Positions 9,961-19,912 of a stretch of 64,000 nucleotides of DNA are shown piece by piece. Origin of the DNA: an uncultured Lachnospiraceae bacterium. GTDB lineage: Bacteria; Bacillota; Clostridia; Oscillospirales; CAG-272. The stretch lies in the NCBI GenBank assembly GCA_964570825.1, contig CAZMZJ010000008.1:24853-88852 (forward strand). Direction: 5' to 3'. The position numbers and the translations under genes are program-made. Below the pieces are notes generated by a model. The model was given only the letters and a program-made list of their open reading frames with translations. It did not search any database and was not told the origin of the DNA. Position 1 is the stretch's first letter. Each line of letters begins with the position of its first letter.

Positions 9961-12351
9961 ATGCAATTTACGGAAAAAACATTAAAAACACTTGAATTTG
10001 ATAAAATAAGAAGTATGCTCGCCGCCTGTGCACCGACAGACGGCGCTAAAGAGATGGCGCTATCCCTTGTGCCAAGCGAACATACAACTGTAATACTTCG
10101 GAATCTACGGCACACCAGCGATGCCAAAAAGCTGATCGGGAATAAAGGTATGCCGCCGTTCGGGGGCGTAAAAGACATGAGCGGTATATGCGAGCGTGCG
10201 AACAAAGGCGCGCTTCTCACCACGAGGGAGCTGCTCGACGCGGCGAATGTGCTCCGGACCTCGCGCTCCATGCTTGACTATATCAGGACAAACAAGCTTT
10301 TTGACACCTCGCTTGACGAGATATTCGAACGTCTGATTACCGATCAAAAGACAGAGGACCATATTTACCGGGCCATAATTGCCGAGGATATGATCGCCGA
10401 CGAAGCGAGCGGAACTCTTTCAGATATCCGCCGGAAAATCAAGGCTGCAAACAATAAAATCAAGGATCTGCTGGCGAAATACACCGGAGGAGCTTATTCG
10501 AAATACCTTCAGGAAAATATTGTTACGCAGCGCGGCGGGCGGTATGTAGTGCCGGTTAAGATTGAGTGCCGCAACGAGATAAAAGGGCTTGTGCATGATA
10601 CATCGTCATCGGGTGCGACGCTTTTTATTGAACCCATGGCGGTGGTTGACGCGAACAATGAGCTGCGCGAGCTTGAAGCTGCGGAGCAGCATGAAGTCGA
10701 AAAAATACTTGCCGCTCTTTCGGCGGAGGTTGACGCCATTTCGGGCGCATTGAGGCTTGACTATCAGAACATCACCGAGCTGGCCTTCATATTTGCCTGC
10801 GGGGAGCTTTCATTCAGGCTGAACGGAATCGCTCCAATGATATCCGGCGACCGTTCACTGAGTCTGCACAAGGCAAGACACCCTCTTATAGACAAGGAAA
10901 AGGTTGTTCCGATAGACATTGAGATCGGACACGGCAGGGATACGCTGATAATAACAGGTCCCAATACCGGCGGCAAAACGGTAACACTTAAGACACTCGG
11001 TCTGTTTGCTCTCATGACACAGGCCGGACTTCACATTCCCGCCGAGGAATCTTCTTCAATCTGCGTGTTTGACAATGTTCTTGCTGATATCGGCGACGAA
11101 CAGAGCATAGAGCAGTCGTTATCAACATTTTCGGCGCACATGGTAAATATTGTGTCGATTATGCGAGAGGTTACAGAACGTTCTCTTGTCCTGTTTGACG
11201 AACTCGGAGTCGGAACCGACCCGATTGAAGGTGCGGCGCTTGCGGTGGCTGTCATTGAAGCTGTGAGAGAAAAGGGAGCCATATGCGCATCTACAACTCA
11301 TTACGCAGAACTGAAAGCTTACGCGCTTGAAACAGACGGCGTCGAAAACGCTTCCTGTGAGTTTGATATCGAAACATTAAGACCGACATACAAATTGATA
11401 ATAGGGACGCCTGGAAAATCCAACGCGTTTGCAATTTCCCGGAAGCTCGGGCTTCCGGAGGAGATAATAAAACGCGCGCAGAACTCCGTCAGTGCCGACA
11501 GCAAGCGTTTTGAACTTGTTATCGAAAAGCTCGAGAAAAGCCGGATGGAGATGGAACGCGACCGCGAGGAAACAGCAAGGCTGCGTGCGGATTACGAGAA
11601 ATTCAAGGCGGAAGCTGAAAAGAAAATCAGAGCGCAGACGGCAGAGGCCGAACGCGAGCTTGAAAAAGCACGAGAAAAAGCACAGGCAATGGTGGAAAGC
11701 GCCAAGGCGTCGAGCGACTATATTATGGCGCAGCTGGACAAAGCAAGAAAAGCCAAGGAAAGCGAAAGGTTCGGAGAAGAACTTGAGCGCACACGTCAGG
11801 AAATAAGGGCGCATATTAAAGCCAACTCCGACAAATTTAACCCTATCGATGAGGTGGAAGACGACGGATACAAGCTGCCGCGTCAGCTCGTCAAAGGTGA
11901 TCAGGTCTATATTAAAAATATCGGAGCTTCGGGAACCGTGGTAGAAGCTCCCGACCGTTCGGGAACTGTGGTGGTTCAGGCCGGCGCTGCACGGACAAAG
12001 ACAAATATATCGAACCTGAAGCTTATAATACCGGGCGAAACAATTGTATCAGAACGGGAAAGCAAAAGAGTATCCGCATCTGAATACAAGCAGAAGCCAA
12101 TTAAAGAATTTTCGCCGGAGATCGATTTGCGCGGAATGACAGGAGAAGAGGCGTGGTATGCGGTCGACAAGTATATCGACGAGGCGCAGATGATGAATAT
12201 GAACGAGATACGCCTGATACACGGTAAGGGAACCGGAGCGCTCAAAAATGCTCTCTGGCGTTTTCTGCAGTCCGACCGGCGGATTGCGTCATACCGCCTC
12301 GGCAGGTATGGCGAGGGTGACGGCGGCGTCACGGTAATTGAGTTAAAGTAA
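9961..12351 (+). CDS. mutS2: Endonuclease MutS2 (MutS domain V plus C-terminal Smr)
   Basis: 796 aa; ITGPNTGGKTVTLKTLG Walker A; DELGVGTDP; K/E-rich coiled coil; C-terminal Smr LIHGKGTGALKNALWRFL. Confidence 0.95.
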   Translation: MQFTEKTLKTLEFDKIRSMLAACAPTDGAKEMALSLVPSEHTTVILRNLRHTSDAKKLIGNKGMPPFGGVKDMSGICERANKGALLTTRELLDAANVLRTSRSMLDYIRTNKLFDTSLDEIFERLITDQKTEDHIYRAIIAEDMIADEASGTLSDIRRKIKAANNKIKDLLAKYTGGAYSKYLQENIVTQRGGRYVVPVKIECRNEIKGLVHDTSSSGATLFIEPMAVVDANNELRELEAAEQHEVEKILAALSAEVDAISGALRLDYQNITELAFIFACGELSFRLNGIAPMISGDRSLSLHKARHPLIDKEKVVPIDIEIGHGRDTLIITGPNTGGKTVTLKTLGLFALMTQAGLHIPAEESSSICVFDNVLADIGDEQSIEQSLSTFSAHMVNIVSIMREVTERSLVLFDELGVGTDPIEGAALAVAVIEAVREKGAICASTTHYAELKAYALETDGVENASCEFDIETLRPTYKLIIGTPGKSNAFAISRKLGLPEEIIKRAQNSVSADSKRFELVIEKLEKSRMEMERDREETARLRADYEKFKAEAEKKIRAQTAEAERELEKAREKAQAMVESAKASSDYIMAQLDKARKAKESERFGEELERTRQEIRAHIKANSDKFNPIDEVEDDGYKLPRQLVKGDQVYIKNIGASGTVVEAPDRSGTVVVQAGAARTKTNISNLKLIIPGETIVSERESKRVSASEYKQKPIKEFSPEIDLRGMTGEEAWYAVDKYIDEAQMMNMNEIRLIHGKGTGALKNALWRFLQSDRRIASYRLGRYGEGDGGVTVIELK

Positions 12352-12434
12352 TATAATTTTTTGTAATGTAAAATCGGCGAACGGATGAAAAATATTTATT
12401 GCCGCCTAATGCTTAAAGGAAAGGACAAATCTGT

Positions 12435-13919
12435 ATGAATATAACGAAAAATTATCTTGCTATAGATCTTGGCGCTTCGAGCGGACGTGGAATCATCGGC
12501 AGCTTTGACGGAAAAAAACTGACGCTGCGCGAGAACTGCCGCTTAGCAAACGAACCGGTAAAGCTCTGTGGCCGGCTGCACTGGGATATTTTAAGAATAT
12601 TTCACGAAATTAAAAATTCGATAAGGCAAAGCGTACTTGACAAGGATAATATAGCCAGCATCGGCATAGACACATGGGGCGTTGATTACGGACTTATCGA
12701 CAAATGCGGAAGACTTATGTCAAATCCCGTGCATTACCGTGATGCCAGGACGTCGGGAATAACCGATTATATCAAAAATACAGCCGGTGTGAGCGTTGAT
12801 GATATTTACGCCGTTACGGGAATTCAGTCGATGGATTTCAATACCATATACCAGCTTGCTTCCGAGAGAAGGGACGATTCTGAATATATTGACCGCGCGG
12901 ACAAGCTTCTCTTTATTCCTGACCTGCTCAACTATTTCCTGACCGGCAAAATGGCGTCAGAGTACACTGTCATGTCAACAGGCGCAGTTCTTGACGCAAA
13001 GAAACGCGCTCTGGCATCCGATCTTCTGAAAAAGCTCGGAATTAAGACCGAGCTTTTTGCGCCGATAGTGAAGCCTTGCGGACGGCTTGGAAAAATTCTT
13101 CCTTCAGTCCTTGAAGATACAGGTAACACATATGCGGAAGTTATAAACGTAGCTTCGCATGATACTGCCAGCGCAGTCTTATCGGTTCCGGTGAAGGAAA
13201 AAGGAAAGAAATTTATTTACATAAGCAGCGGCACATGGTCGCTCATGGGGACCGAACTCGACGCTCCACTGATTAACTCGGAAACCTGCCGGCTTAACTA
13301 TACAAACGAGGGCGGAGCAGAGGATACAATACGCTTTCTGAAAAATATCATGGGTCTCTGGATTCTGCAGGAATCTCGGCGCCAGTGGAAGCGCGAGGGC
13401 AAGGATTATAGTTTTGCGGAGCTTGAGAAAATGGCGAGAAATTCAAAACCTTTTGCCTGCCTTATCAATCCGGATGACAAACGGTTTGCTGTACCCGGGA
13501 ATATGCCCGGCAGAATCGCGGAGTACTGCCGCGAGACCGGGCAGTATGAGCCGCGGGACACCGGCGAAATCGTTCGCTGCATATATGAGAGCCTTGCCCT
13601 GAAATACCGCATGACAGCGGAGGTGTTATCTGGACTGACAGGCATAAAACCCGACGGAATAAATATTGTAGGAGGCGGTTCGAAAGACGGCCTTCTCAAC
13701 CAGATGACGGCGAATGCATGCGGTATGCCGGTAACAGCCGGCCCTACCGAGGCGACAGCAGTTGGCAATATTGCAATACAGGCGATCGCATCTGGAGAAA
13801 TACGCGATATGGCCGAAGCAAGATCAGTTATTGCGGATTCATTTGCTCCTGAGTATTATTTGCCGGAAGACCGCGGGGCTTGGGATGAGGCTTACGCCGT
13901 TTTCAGAAAATTAAAATGA
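12435..13919 (+). CDS. FGGY-family carbohydrate kinase, rhamnulokinase-like
   Basis: 494 aa; LAIDLGASSGRGIIG N-terminus, GIDTWGVDYGL, and C-terminal GGGSKDGLLNQMTANACGMPV typical of RhaB-like kinases. No rhaA or rhaD is nearby, so the substrate is uncertain. Confidence 0.75.
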   Translation: MNITKNYLAIDLGASSGRGIIGSFDGKKLTLRENCRLANEPVKLCGRLHWDILRIFHEIKNSIRQSVLDKDNIASIGIDTWGVDYGLIDKCGRLMSNPVHYRDARTSGITDYIKNTAGVSVDDIYAVTGIQSMDFNTIYQLASERRDDSEYIDRADKLLFIPDLLNYFLTGKMASEYTVMSTGAVLDAKKRALASDLLKKLGIKTELFAPIVKPCGRLGKILPSVLEDTGNTYAEVINVASHDTASAVLSVPVKEKGKKFIYISSGTWSLMGTELDAPLINSETCRLNYTNEGGAEDTIRFLKNIMGLWILQESRRQWKREGKDYSFAELEKMARNSKPFACLINPDDKRFAVPGNMPGRIAEYCRETGQYEPRDTGEIVRCIYESLALKYRMTAEVLSGLTGIKPDGINIVGGGSKDGLLNQMTANACGMPVTAGPTEATAVGNIAIQAIASGEIRDMAEARSVIADSFAPEYYLPEDRGAWDEAYAVFRKLK

Positions 13920-13949
13920 AAGAGATACGTTTATCCCGGAAGATAACGA

Positions 13950-14921
13950 GTGATTTATATGTGGAATAATTTTGTTTACAGCGTTAATGTAATTTTACCG
14001 ATTTTTATTCTTGTTATGCTTGGCTGGCTGCTCAAGAGATTTAATTTTTTCAAGGAAGGCTTTCTTGAATCGGCGGATAAAATGGTTTTCAAGATAATGC
14101 TTCCATGCATGCTTTTTATTGAATCGTCCAAAGCGGATCTTCGCGGCGGTTCGGGGCAGATGTCATTTATTTTATTCGGATGCGCAGGGATCAGCGTTTC
14201 GTTTTTAATATTGTGGCTGATAATTCCAGTTTTCGTAAAGGACGACGCAAAGCGAGGCGCTATGATTCAAGGAAGCTTCAGGTCGAATTTTACGATTCTC
14301 GGCGTTCCTCTTGCCGCCAGCATGTTCGGGGAGAAGGGAAGCATAGCGATTGCGGTGCTTACGCCTTTTATTATTCTGCTTGTGAATATTTATTCGGTAA
14401 TTATTCTGAGCGTTTTCGCCCCGCACGGCACGGAAAAGAGCATTATTAAAATTGCGGGTAGAATTGCCAAAAGCACACTTACGAATCCGCTTATTATTGC
14501 TGTTGTCCTCGCGCTGCCATTTATGCTCACCGACATATCTTTGCCGGTTTTTGCCGAAAAGACACTCAGCTATCTGTCTCAGGCAACTGTTGCGCTTTCT
14601 CTGATAAGCCTCGGAGCCGGAATTACCGGCAGCGCAATCAAGGGAAAAATCAAATATTCACTTGCGGCAACATTTATAAAGACCGTGCTTCTGCCGGCGG
14701 TTATGGTTGCTATTGCGTACATATTCGGATTCAGGAATACCGAACTCGGAGTACTGTTTATCCTGTTCGGAACGCCATCGGCTGTCGCCAGCTATATAAT
14801 GGCTAAGAACATGAAGAGCGACGACGAGCTGGCGGGACAGATTCTTCTGCTCACTACGATGTTTTGTCTTATTACGATATTCGCGGGAATTTTTGTGATG
14901 AAAAACATTGGATGTATATAA
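13950..14921 (+). CDS. AEC (auxin efflux carrier) family transporter
   Basis: 323 aa, about 10 TM segments. The N-terminal NVILPIFILVMLGWLLKR pattern is typical of AEC/malate-permease-like carriers. The start is GTG 13950 (GGAAGA 6 nt upstream) or ATG 13959. Confidence 0.75.
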   Translation: MIYMWNNFVYSVNVILPIFILVMLGWLLKRFNFFKEGFLESADKMVFKIMLPCMLFIESSKADLRGGSGQMSFILFGCAGISVSFLILWLIIPVFVKDDAKRGAMIQGSFRSNFTILGVPLAASMFGEKGSIAIAVLTPFIILLVNIYSVIILSVFAPHGTEKSIIKIAGRIAKSTLTNPLIIAVVLALPFMLTDISLPVFAEKTLSYLSQATVALSLISLGAGITGSAIKGKIKYSLAATFIKTVLLPAVMVAIAYIFGFRNTELGVLFILFGTPSAVASYIMAKNMKSDDELAGQILLLTTMFCLITIFAGIFVMKNIGCI

Positions 14922-15127
14922 TATTAAAAAAATTAACTTTTGCCATGGCAAAAGCTGCATAAAATATATATGTTCGGAATATCTTTTCAAAATGCCTGTT
15001 TTATGATATAATACTAACTGATTTAAGCAAATGAAAGCTTGCATTGTAAAACTGTAAATGAATATACGGTAGACAATTTGAAAATTTCTATTATTAAGTA
15101 AGTATGCCTTAAAAGGCGGGAGGCTTT

Positions 15128-16270
15128 ATGAACGATTCGCTTTTCGGAGAGCTTAGTGTCATTGCAATGAAAGGCTGCGAGCAGTTCGGCGCCCAGGTTG
15201 ACTATTATCTAAAGGAATGGAGAGGCTGCGGCGAAAGTGATACTTTCTTTATCAAAACCGAATGCCCGCGGTTCAGTTCCGGCGAGGCGAAAGGTCTGAT
15301 ATTCCAGTCACTGCGCGGTCATGATCTTTATATTATATGCGATGTGTTTAATCACGGCGTGACATACAAGATGTACGGACAAACCGTACCCATGAGTCCG
15401 GACGACCATTATTCCGACCTAAAACGGCTTATTGCGGCTGCGGGGGGAAAGGCAAGACGCGTTTCGGTGATTATGCCGATGCTTTACGAAGGCAGACAGC
15501 ATAAACGCTCCTCACGCGAATCACTTGACTGCGCGCTTATGCTTCAGGAGCTTCAGTCGATGGGAGTAACGAATATCATCACTTTTGACGCTCACGATTC
15601 GAGAATTCAGAATGCGGTTCCGCTTTGCGGATTTGACGACGTGCGTCCGACATACCAGATGATCAAGGCTCTCGTAAAAAATGTTCCGGATATTGTCATC
15701 GACAAAAATGCCCTGACGATTATTTCACCCGATGAGGGCGCCATGGGGCGTTGCATGTATTATTCATCGGTGCTGGGCATTGACATAGGTATGTTTTACA
15801 AACGCCGCGACTATACAAAAGTTGTGAACGGACGCAATCCGATAGAGTCACACGAGTACCTCGGAGGCGACCTTACCGGGAAGGATGTGATAGTTGTCGA
15901 CGATATTATTTCCTCCGGTGATTCGCTCCTTGACGTGGCGCTCCAGCTCAAACAGAAAGGCGCGAAACGTATTTTTGCTTTCGTATCGTTCGGGCTTTTC
16001 ACGGACGGCCTTGAGAAATTTACAAAAGCATACAACGACGGACTTATTACAAAAGTATTTACGACAAATCTTGTCTACCGTACGCCGGAGCTTCTCTCGA
16101 TGCCGTGGTATGTCGAGGTCAATATGTGTAAATATGTGGCATACATAATCGACACTCTCAACCATGACGCAACAATAAGCAATCTGCTTGATCCGGTACA
16201 GAGAATACACAATCTTATTGAAAAGCACAAGGCTGAAATGGAAAACAGTCAGATGACAATAAAGTTTTGA
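15128..16270 (+). CDS. Ribose-phosphate pyrophosphokinase-like protein (long 380-aa form)
   Basis: PRPP-binding loop VIVVDDIISSGDSLLD and a Prs-like N-domain, with divergent motifs (PMLYEGRQHKR). Confidence 0.7.
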   Translation: MNDSLFGELSVIAMKGCEQFGAQVDYYLKEWRGCGESDTFFIKTECPRFSSGEAKGLIFQSLRGHDLYIICDVFNHGVTYKMYGQTVPMSPDDHYSDLKRLIAAAGGKARRVSVIMPMLYEGRQHKRSSRESLDCALMLQELQSMGVTNIITFDAHDSRIQNAVPLCGFDDVRPTYQMIKALVKNVPDIVIDKNALTIISPDEGAMGRCMYYSSVLGIDIGMFYKRRDYTKVVNGRNPIESHEYLGGDLTGKDVIVVDDIISSGDSLLDVALQLKQKGAKRIFAFVSFGLFTDGLEKFTKAYNDGLITKVFTTNLVYRTPELLSMPWYVEVNMCKYVAYIIDTLNHDATISNLLDPVQRIHNLIEKHKAEMENSQMTIKF

Positions 16271-16297
16271 ATTTAGGCCGTTAAGGGAGATGCAAAC

Positions 16298-17569
16298 ATG
16301 CTGAAAAGAACAAGCCGGGATGAAGACAACAGTGCCTGCCGGAAAAAAGTCAGGAAAACATCGATAGGCGGTCAGGCGCTGATCGAGGGGATAATGATGC
16401 GCGGCCCGAAAAAAATATCAATGGCGGTGCGTAATCCTGACGGCGACGTGGTTGTTGAGACATGGGACTCTGACGCCAAGGACAGGCCGAAATATTACCG
16501 TCTTCCGTTTTTGCGCGGAGTGTTCGGATTTATCGATTCGATGCGGTTCGGTTATAAATGTCTTATGCGTTCAGCTGAAATCGCGGGTTTTGACGACCTT
16601 GAAAACCAAGATGATAAGGGCGGCAATAAAAAAATAAAGAAAAAAGAAAATACTGATAATAAGGCGGTAAGCGGCGCTGAACGGGACTATTCATCTAACG
16701 ACAGCTTTAATAATAATGCCGATCAGGTTTTAACAGAGGAAATTTCCGCCGATATTGAAATCGCGCCCGGCAAGGCCGGAGACGGAGACGTCCAATCCCC
16801 CAAAAACGAGGACGCAAATTCGGTTTCTGAAAATACAGCAGAAAGTAAAACGACGGACGTAAAATCTTCCGGTAAAGATAACAAGAAGAGCAATTCAGTT
16901 TTTATAAACGCGATTATGGTTGTGGCGTCGGTTCTTGGCGTCATTCTTGCCATCGTACTTTTCAAGGCTCTTCCGGAAATGCTGTATGAGATGCTAAAAA
17001 AGTTAATCCCTGAGCTTGGCGGCGAGGGATATGGTTATCAGCTGGTCAGGTCGCTGTTCGTGGGAATACTGAAAATAATCATTTTGGTAGCATATATGGC
17101 TCTTATCACCCTTATGAAGGACATTAGGCGGACATTCATGTATCACGGAGCAGAGCACAAGTCTATTATGTGTTATGAACAGGGGCTTGAACTTACGGTC
17201 GCCAACGTCAGGTCGCAGAGGCGTTTTCATCCCAGATGCGGCACTTCATTTCTTATCCTAATGGTTATAGTCGGAATATTCATTACAATGTTCATACCTG
17301 CAAACCTCAGCGATAACGGAATTCTCAACGTGGTATTGAGGACTTTGATCAGCCTTGCGCTGCTGCCGGTGATGATGAGCGTCGGATACGAGCTTATCAG
17401 AATTGCCGGGAAACACGATAATATGCTGACAAGGATTATTTCCGCGCCCGGTCTCTGGCTGCAGCGTATCACAACGAAAGAGCCGGACGACAGTATGATT
17501 GAATGCGCGATCATTGCGCTTAATAATGTCATACCCGGCGACGGAAGCGATGACTGGGACAAAAAATAA
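16298..17569 (+). CDS. DUF1385 (YqhQ-like) membrane protein with a low-complexity insertion
   Basis: IGGQALIEGIMMRGP, HGAEHKSI and HPRCGTSFL motifs. There is an extra K/D/N/S-rich segment of about 100 aa (residues about 98-200). Confidence 0.8.
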   Translation: MLKRTSRDEDNSACRKKVRKTSIGGQALIEGIMMRGPKKISMAVRNPDGDVVVETWDSDAKDRPKYYRLPFLRGVFGFIDSMRFGYKCLMRSAEIAGFDDLENQDDKGGNKKIKKKENTDNKAVSGAERDYSSNDSFNNNADQVLTEEISADIEIAPGKAGDGDVQSPKNEDANSVSENTAESKTTDVKSSGKDNKKSNSVFINAIMVVASVLGVILAIVLFKALPEMLYEMLKKLIPELGGEGYGYQLVRSLFVGILKIIILVAYMALITLMKDIRRTFMYHGAEHKSIMCYEQGLELTVANVRSQRRFHPRCGTSFLILMVIVGIFITMFIPANLSDNGILNVVLRTLISLALLPVMMSVGYELIRIAGKHDNMLTRIISAPGLWLQRITTKEPDDSMIECAIIALNNVIPGDGSDDWDKK

Positions 17570-17582
17570 ATATATTAAAAAC

Positions 17583-17630
17583 AAAAAAATAACCGGCGGA
17601 AGCTTTTACAAAAGGCTCCGCCGGTTTTTG
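17583..17630. terminator. Bidirectional Rho-independent terminator between convergent genes
   Basis: Hairpin aaccggcggaagctttt/aaaaggctccgccggtt (17 bp, 2 mismatches), flanked by an A-run upstream and a T-run downstream. Confidence 0.85.
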
Positions 17631-17643
17631 CAAATATCAAGAA

Positions 17644-19128
17644 TTACACAGTCGATTTCAGCACGGCGTCAGCCGCCTCAAGGACGATGTCTTTTTCGCA
17701 GAAGGGTGTTTTTATTCCTCTTATAAGCTGATAATTCTCATGTCCCTTGCCTGCGAGGAGCAGGATGTCACCTTCTCTGAGAATCCCGACGGCGTACTTT
17801 ATGGCTTCGCGGCGGTCGGGAATAGATATATAATCGCATCCTCCCGGCACAAAGGCAGATGCAATATCGCGAATGATAAGCGCAGGGTCTTCACAGTCGG
17901 GGTTGTCAGCGGTCAGAATACATAAATCGCACAGTGACGAGGCGATTGCCCCGAGTTCCGGACGGCGCATCTGCGTGCGCCCTCCGACGGATCCGAAAAG
18001 ACAAATAAGGCGTTTTGGCTTGTAGCTTCTCAGAGTGTGAAGCACCGCGGAAAAGCTTGTCCCGTTGTGTGCGTAGTCGATGACTATCGTGGCATAGGGA
18101 AGTGCGTTGACAAGCTCAAATCTGCCCTCCACCTTTATCTGCGGCAGTGTATCAATAATCCTGTCGGTATCAGGAATATAGTTTCTACAGACTGCAATAG
18201 CCGCGAGAGCATTGCTTACGTTTATTTCTCCCGGAAGATTTAGCTGTGTTCTTCTGCAGTATGAGCCATTGATATAATCAAACGACACTCCGAGTGCTCC
18301 TGAAGTCCTGAATTGGGAAATATTCCCGGCCCGATGGTTTGCGTCAGTATTAAATCCGAATGTATCTACAGGTGCTTTGCAGCCGGCTACCATGTCATAA
18401 GAGTTGATATCGTCAGCGTTGATTATCGCACGGTCAAGCTTATATTTTGTAAAAAGGCTTGCTTTGCACGCCTTGTAATGGCTGAAGTCAGGGTGCTCCG
18501 AACCGCCTATGTGATCCGGTGAAAGATTTGTAAAGACGCACGTATCAAAATCTATGCAGCGAATGCGGTCAAGGTAGAGAGCCTGAGAGGAGACCTCAAG
18601 AGCGACATATCTGATACCGTATGACGCCATTTCGTAAAGATAACGCTGCAAATCGCAGCTCTCTGGCGTGGTGTTTGAAGTGCGGTGTTTGAAATTACCG
18701 TATTCGACGCCGTTTGAACCAATATAACCTGCCGGTATTCCGCAGCTGTTGAGAATTCCGGCAATCATCAGCGCTGTCGTGGTTTTTCCCTTAGTGCCGG
18801 TTATTCCGATTACTTTAAGACGCTGAGACGGATTTGCATAAAGACCGGCGGAAAGAGAGGCAAGAATTTTGCGGGTATTGACAGCATACATAACCGCCGC
18901 GTCGCTTGGAAGATCAAGCTTTTGTTCGGCAACAAACGCCCGGCAGCCGAGGTTATATGCCGACCGGGCAAAAAGATGTCCGTCTGTCACCGAACCGCTG
19001 ATGCAGACAAAGACTGAATTTGATCTTGCGGCTCTTGAGTCGGAGCATATGTGACCTATTTCAATATCGGTGTTCCCAATGCAGTAATTATTTGGGCAGG
19101 TCAATGATATTAGATCACTAAATTTCAT
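17644..19128 (-). CDS. murE: UDP-MurNAc-L-Ala-D-Glu:diamino acid ligase (MurE family), probably not meso-DAP specific
   Basis: 494 aa; GITGTKGKTTT P-loop, DYAHN, LLLAGKGHE. The DAP-recognition motif reads DNPD (17896-17907) instead of DNPR. Confidence 0.88.
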   Translation of the reverse strand: MKFSDLISLTCPNNYCIGNTDIEIGHICSDSRAARSNSVFVCISGSVTDGHLFARSAYNLGCRAFVAEQKLDLPSDAAVMYAVNTRKILASLSAGLYANPSQRLKVIGITGTKGKTTTALMIAGILNSCGIPAGYIGSNGVEYGNFKHRTSNTTPESCDLQRYLYEMASYGIRYVALEVSSQALYLDRIRCIDFDTCVFTNLSPDHIGGSEHPDFSHYKACKASLFTKYKLDRAIINADDINSYDMVAGCKAPVDTFGFNTDANHRAGNISQFRTSGALGVSFDYINGSYCRRTQLNLPGEINVSNALAAIAVCRNYIPDTDRIIDTLPQIKVEGRFELVNALPYATIVIDYAHNGTSFSAVLHTLRSYKPKRLICLFGSVGGRTQMRRPELGAIASSLCDLCILTADNPDCEDPALIIRDIASAFVPGGCDYISIPDRREAIKYAVGILREGDILLLAGKGHENYQLIRGIKTPFCEKDIVLEAADAVLKSTV

Positions 19129-19907
19129 ATTGAACAGCCTTTCATGCCTATTGTTGAAATTTGTGATGCGGCAAATCTGTTAAGAGTATCCGGAAAGCCG
19201 CGGCTTTTTTTGCCGCAGGCTGCGATGGTGCATGCCGCGAGGACTTCAAGCGAATCGATATATGTTTCGGGAAGGTGATATGTCTTTTTTATTAGCGAAA
19301 GCTCGGTGCATCCGAGAATCAGCCTTTCGCTGCCCATAGCGAGCAGGCTTTCCGAAACGGCATGGAATGACGTCATATCTGGTTCGTTTCCGCGTTTGAC
19401 CGCGCCATATATTATGTCTGTAAGCAGAGCTTGTTCCTTCGGAGCGCATTGTATGCAGCCGACTCCTTCCGTAAGACATACGGTTCGGTATGCCCCCGCC
19501 CTCGCCGTGCCTTCTGTGGACATGATTCCGATGCTGCCAGCGCCGATATATTTTGCGTATCTTACGGTCAGTTCAATAATATTCAGCAGAGGGACGGGAG
19601 ATGCGTCTTTTAACGAATTGTAAAAATAGTGAGCCGTGTTGCATGGCATTGCGATAAGATCTGCGCCTGCGTCAGCCAGACGGCGAGCCTCCTCAACCAT
19701 GACCGGAAGCGGATTCAAGCATGATGCGCCGGTTATAAAAGCCGTTCTGTCCGGGGTTGTCGCCCGGCTGCTGAGTATTATATCTATATGATCCTGATCG
19801 CAATTTGCGGCGGTATGTGTGGTTATTAGTTCATAGAAATAAACGCTGGACATGGGGCCGAGGCCACCAAGTATCCCAAGCACAGGGGTCGAATTGCTGG
19901 CTTTCAC
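19125..19907 (-). CDS. Asp/Glu-family (PLP-independent) amino-acid racemase, aspartate racemase-like
   Basis: 260 aa with both catalytic Cys motifs (MPCNTAHYF and LGCTELSL). The stop overlaps the murE start (ATGA). Confidence 0.85.
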   Translation of the reverse strand: MKASNSTPVLGILGGLGPMSSVYFYELITTHTAANCDQDHIDIILSSRATTPDRTAFITGASCLNPLPVMVEEARRLADAGADLIAMPCNTAHYFYNSLKDASPVPLLNIIELTVRYAKYIGAGSIGIMSTEGTARAGAYRTVCLTEGVGCIQCAPKEQALLTDIIYGAVKRGNEPDMTSFHAVSESLLAMGSERLILGCTELSLIKKTYHLPETYIDSLEVLAACTIAACGKKSRGFPDTLNRFAASQISTIGMKGCSI

Positions 19908-19912
19908 CTTGA

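Noticed and set aside
14922-15127. 206-nt leader upstream of the Prs-like gene, checked for purine, PRPP or ykkC-type riboswitches
   Set aside because: It is AT-rich with only weak hairpins (cttttgccatggcaaaag, gcaaatgaaagcttgc). I could recognise no conserved riboswitch cores.
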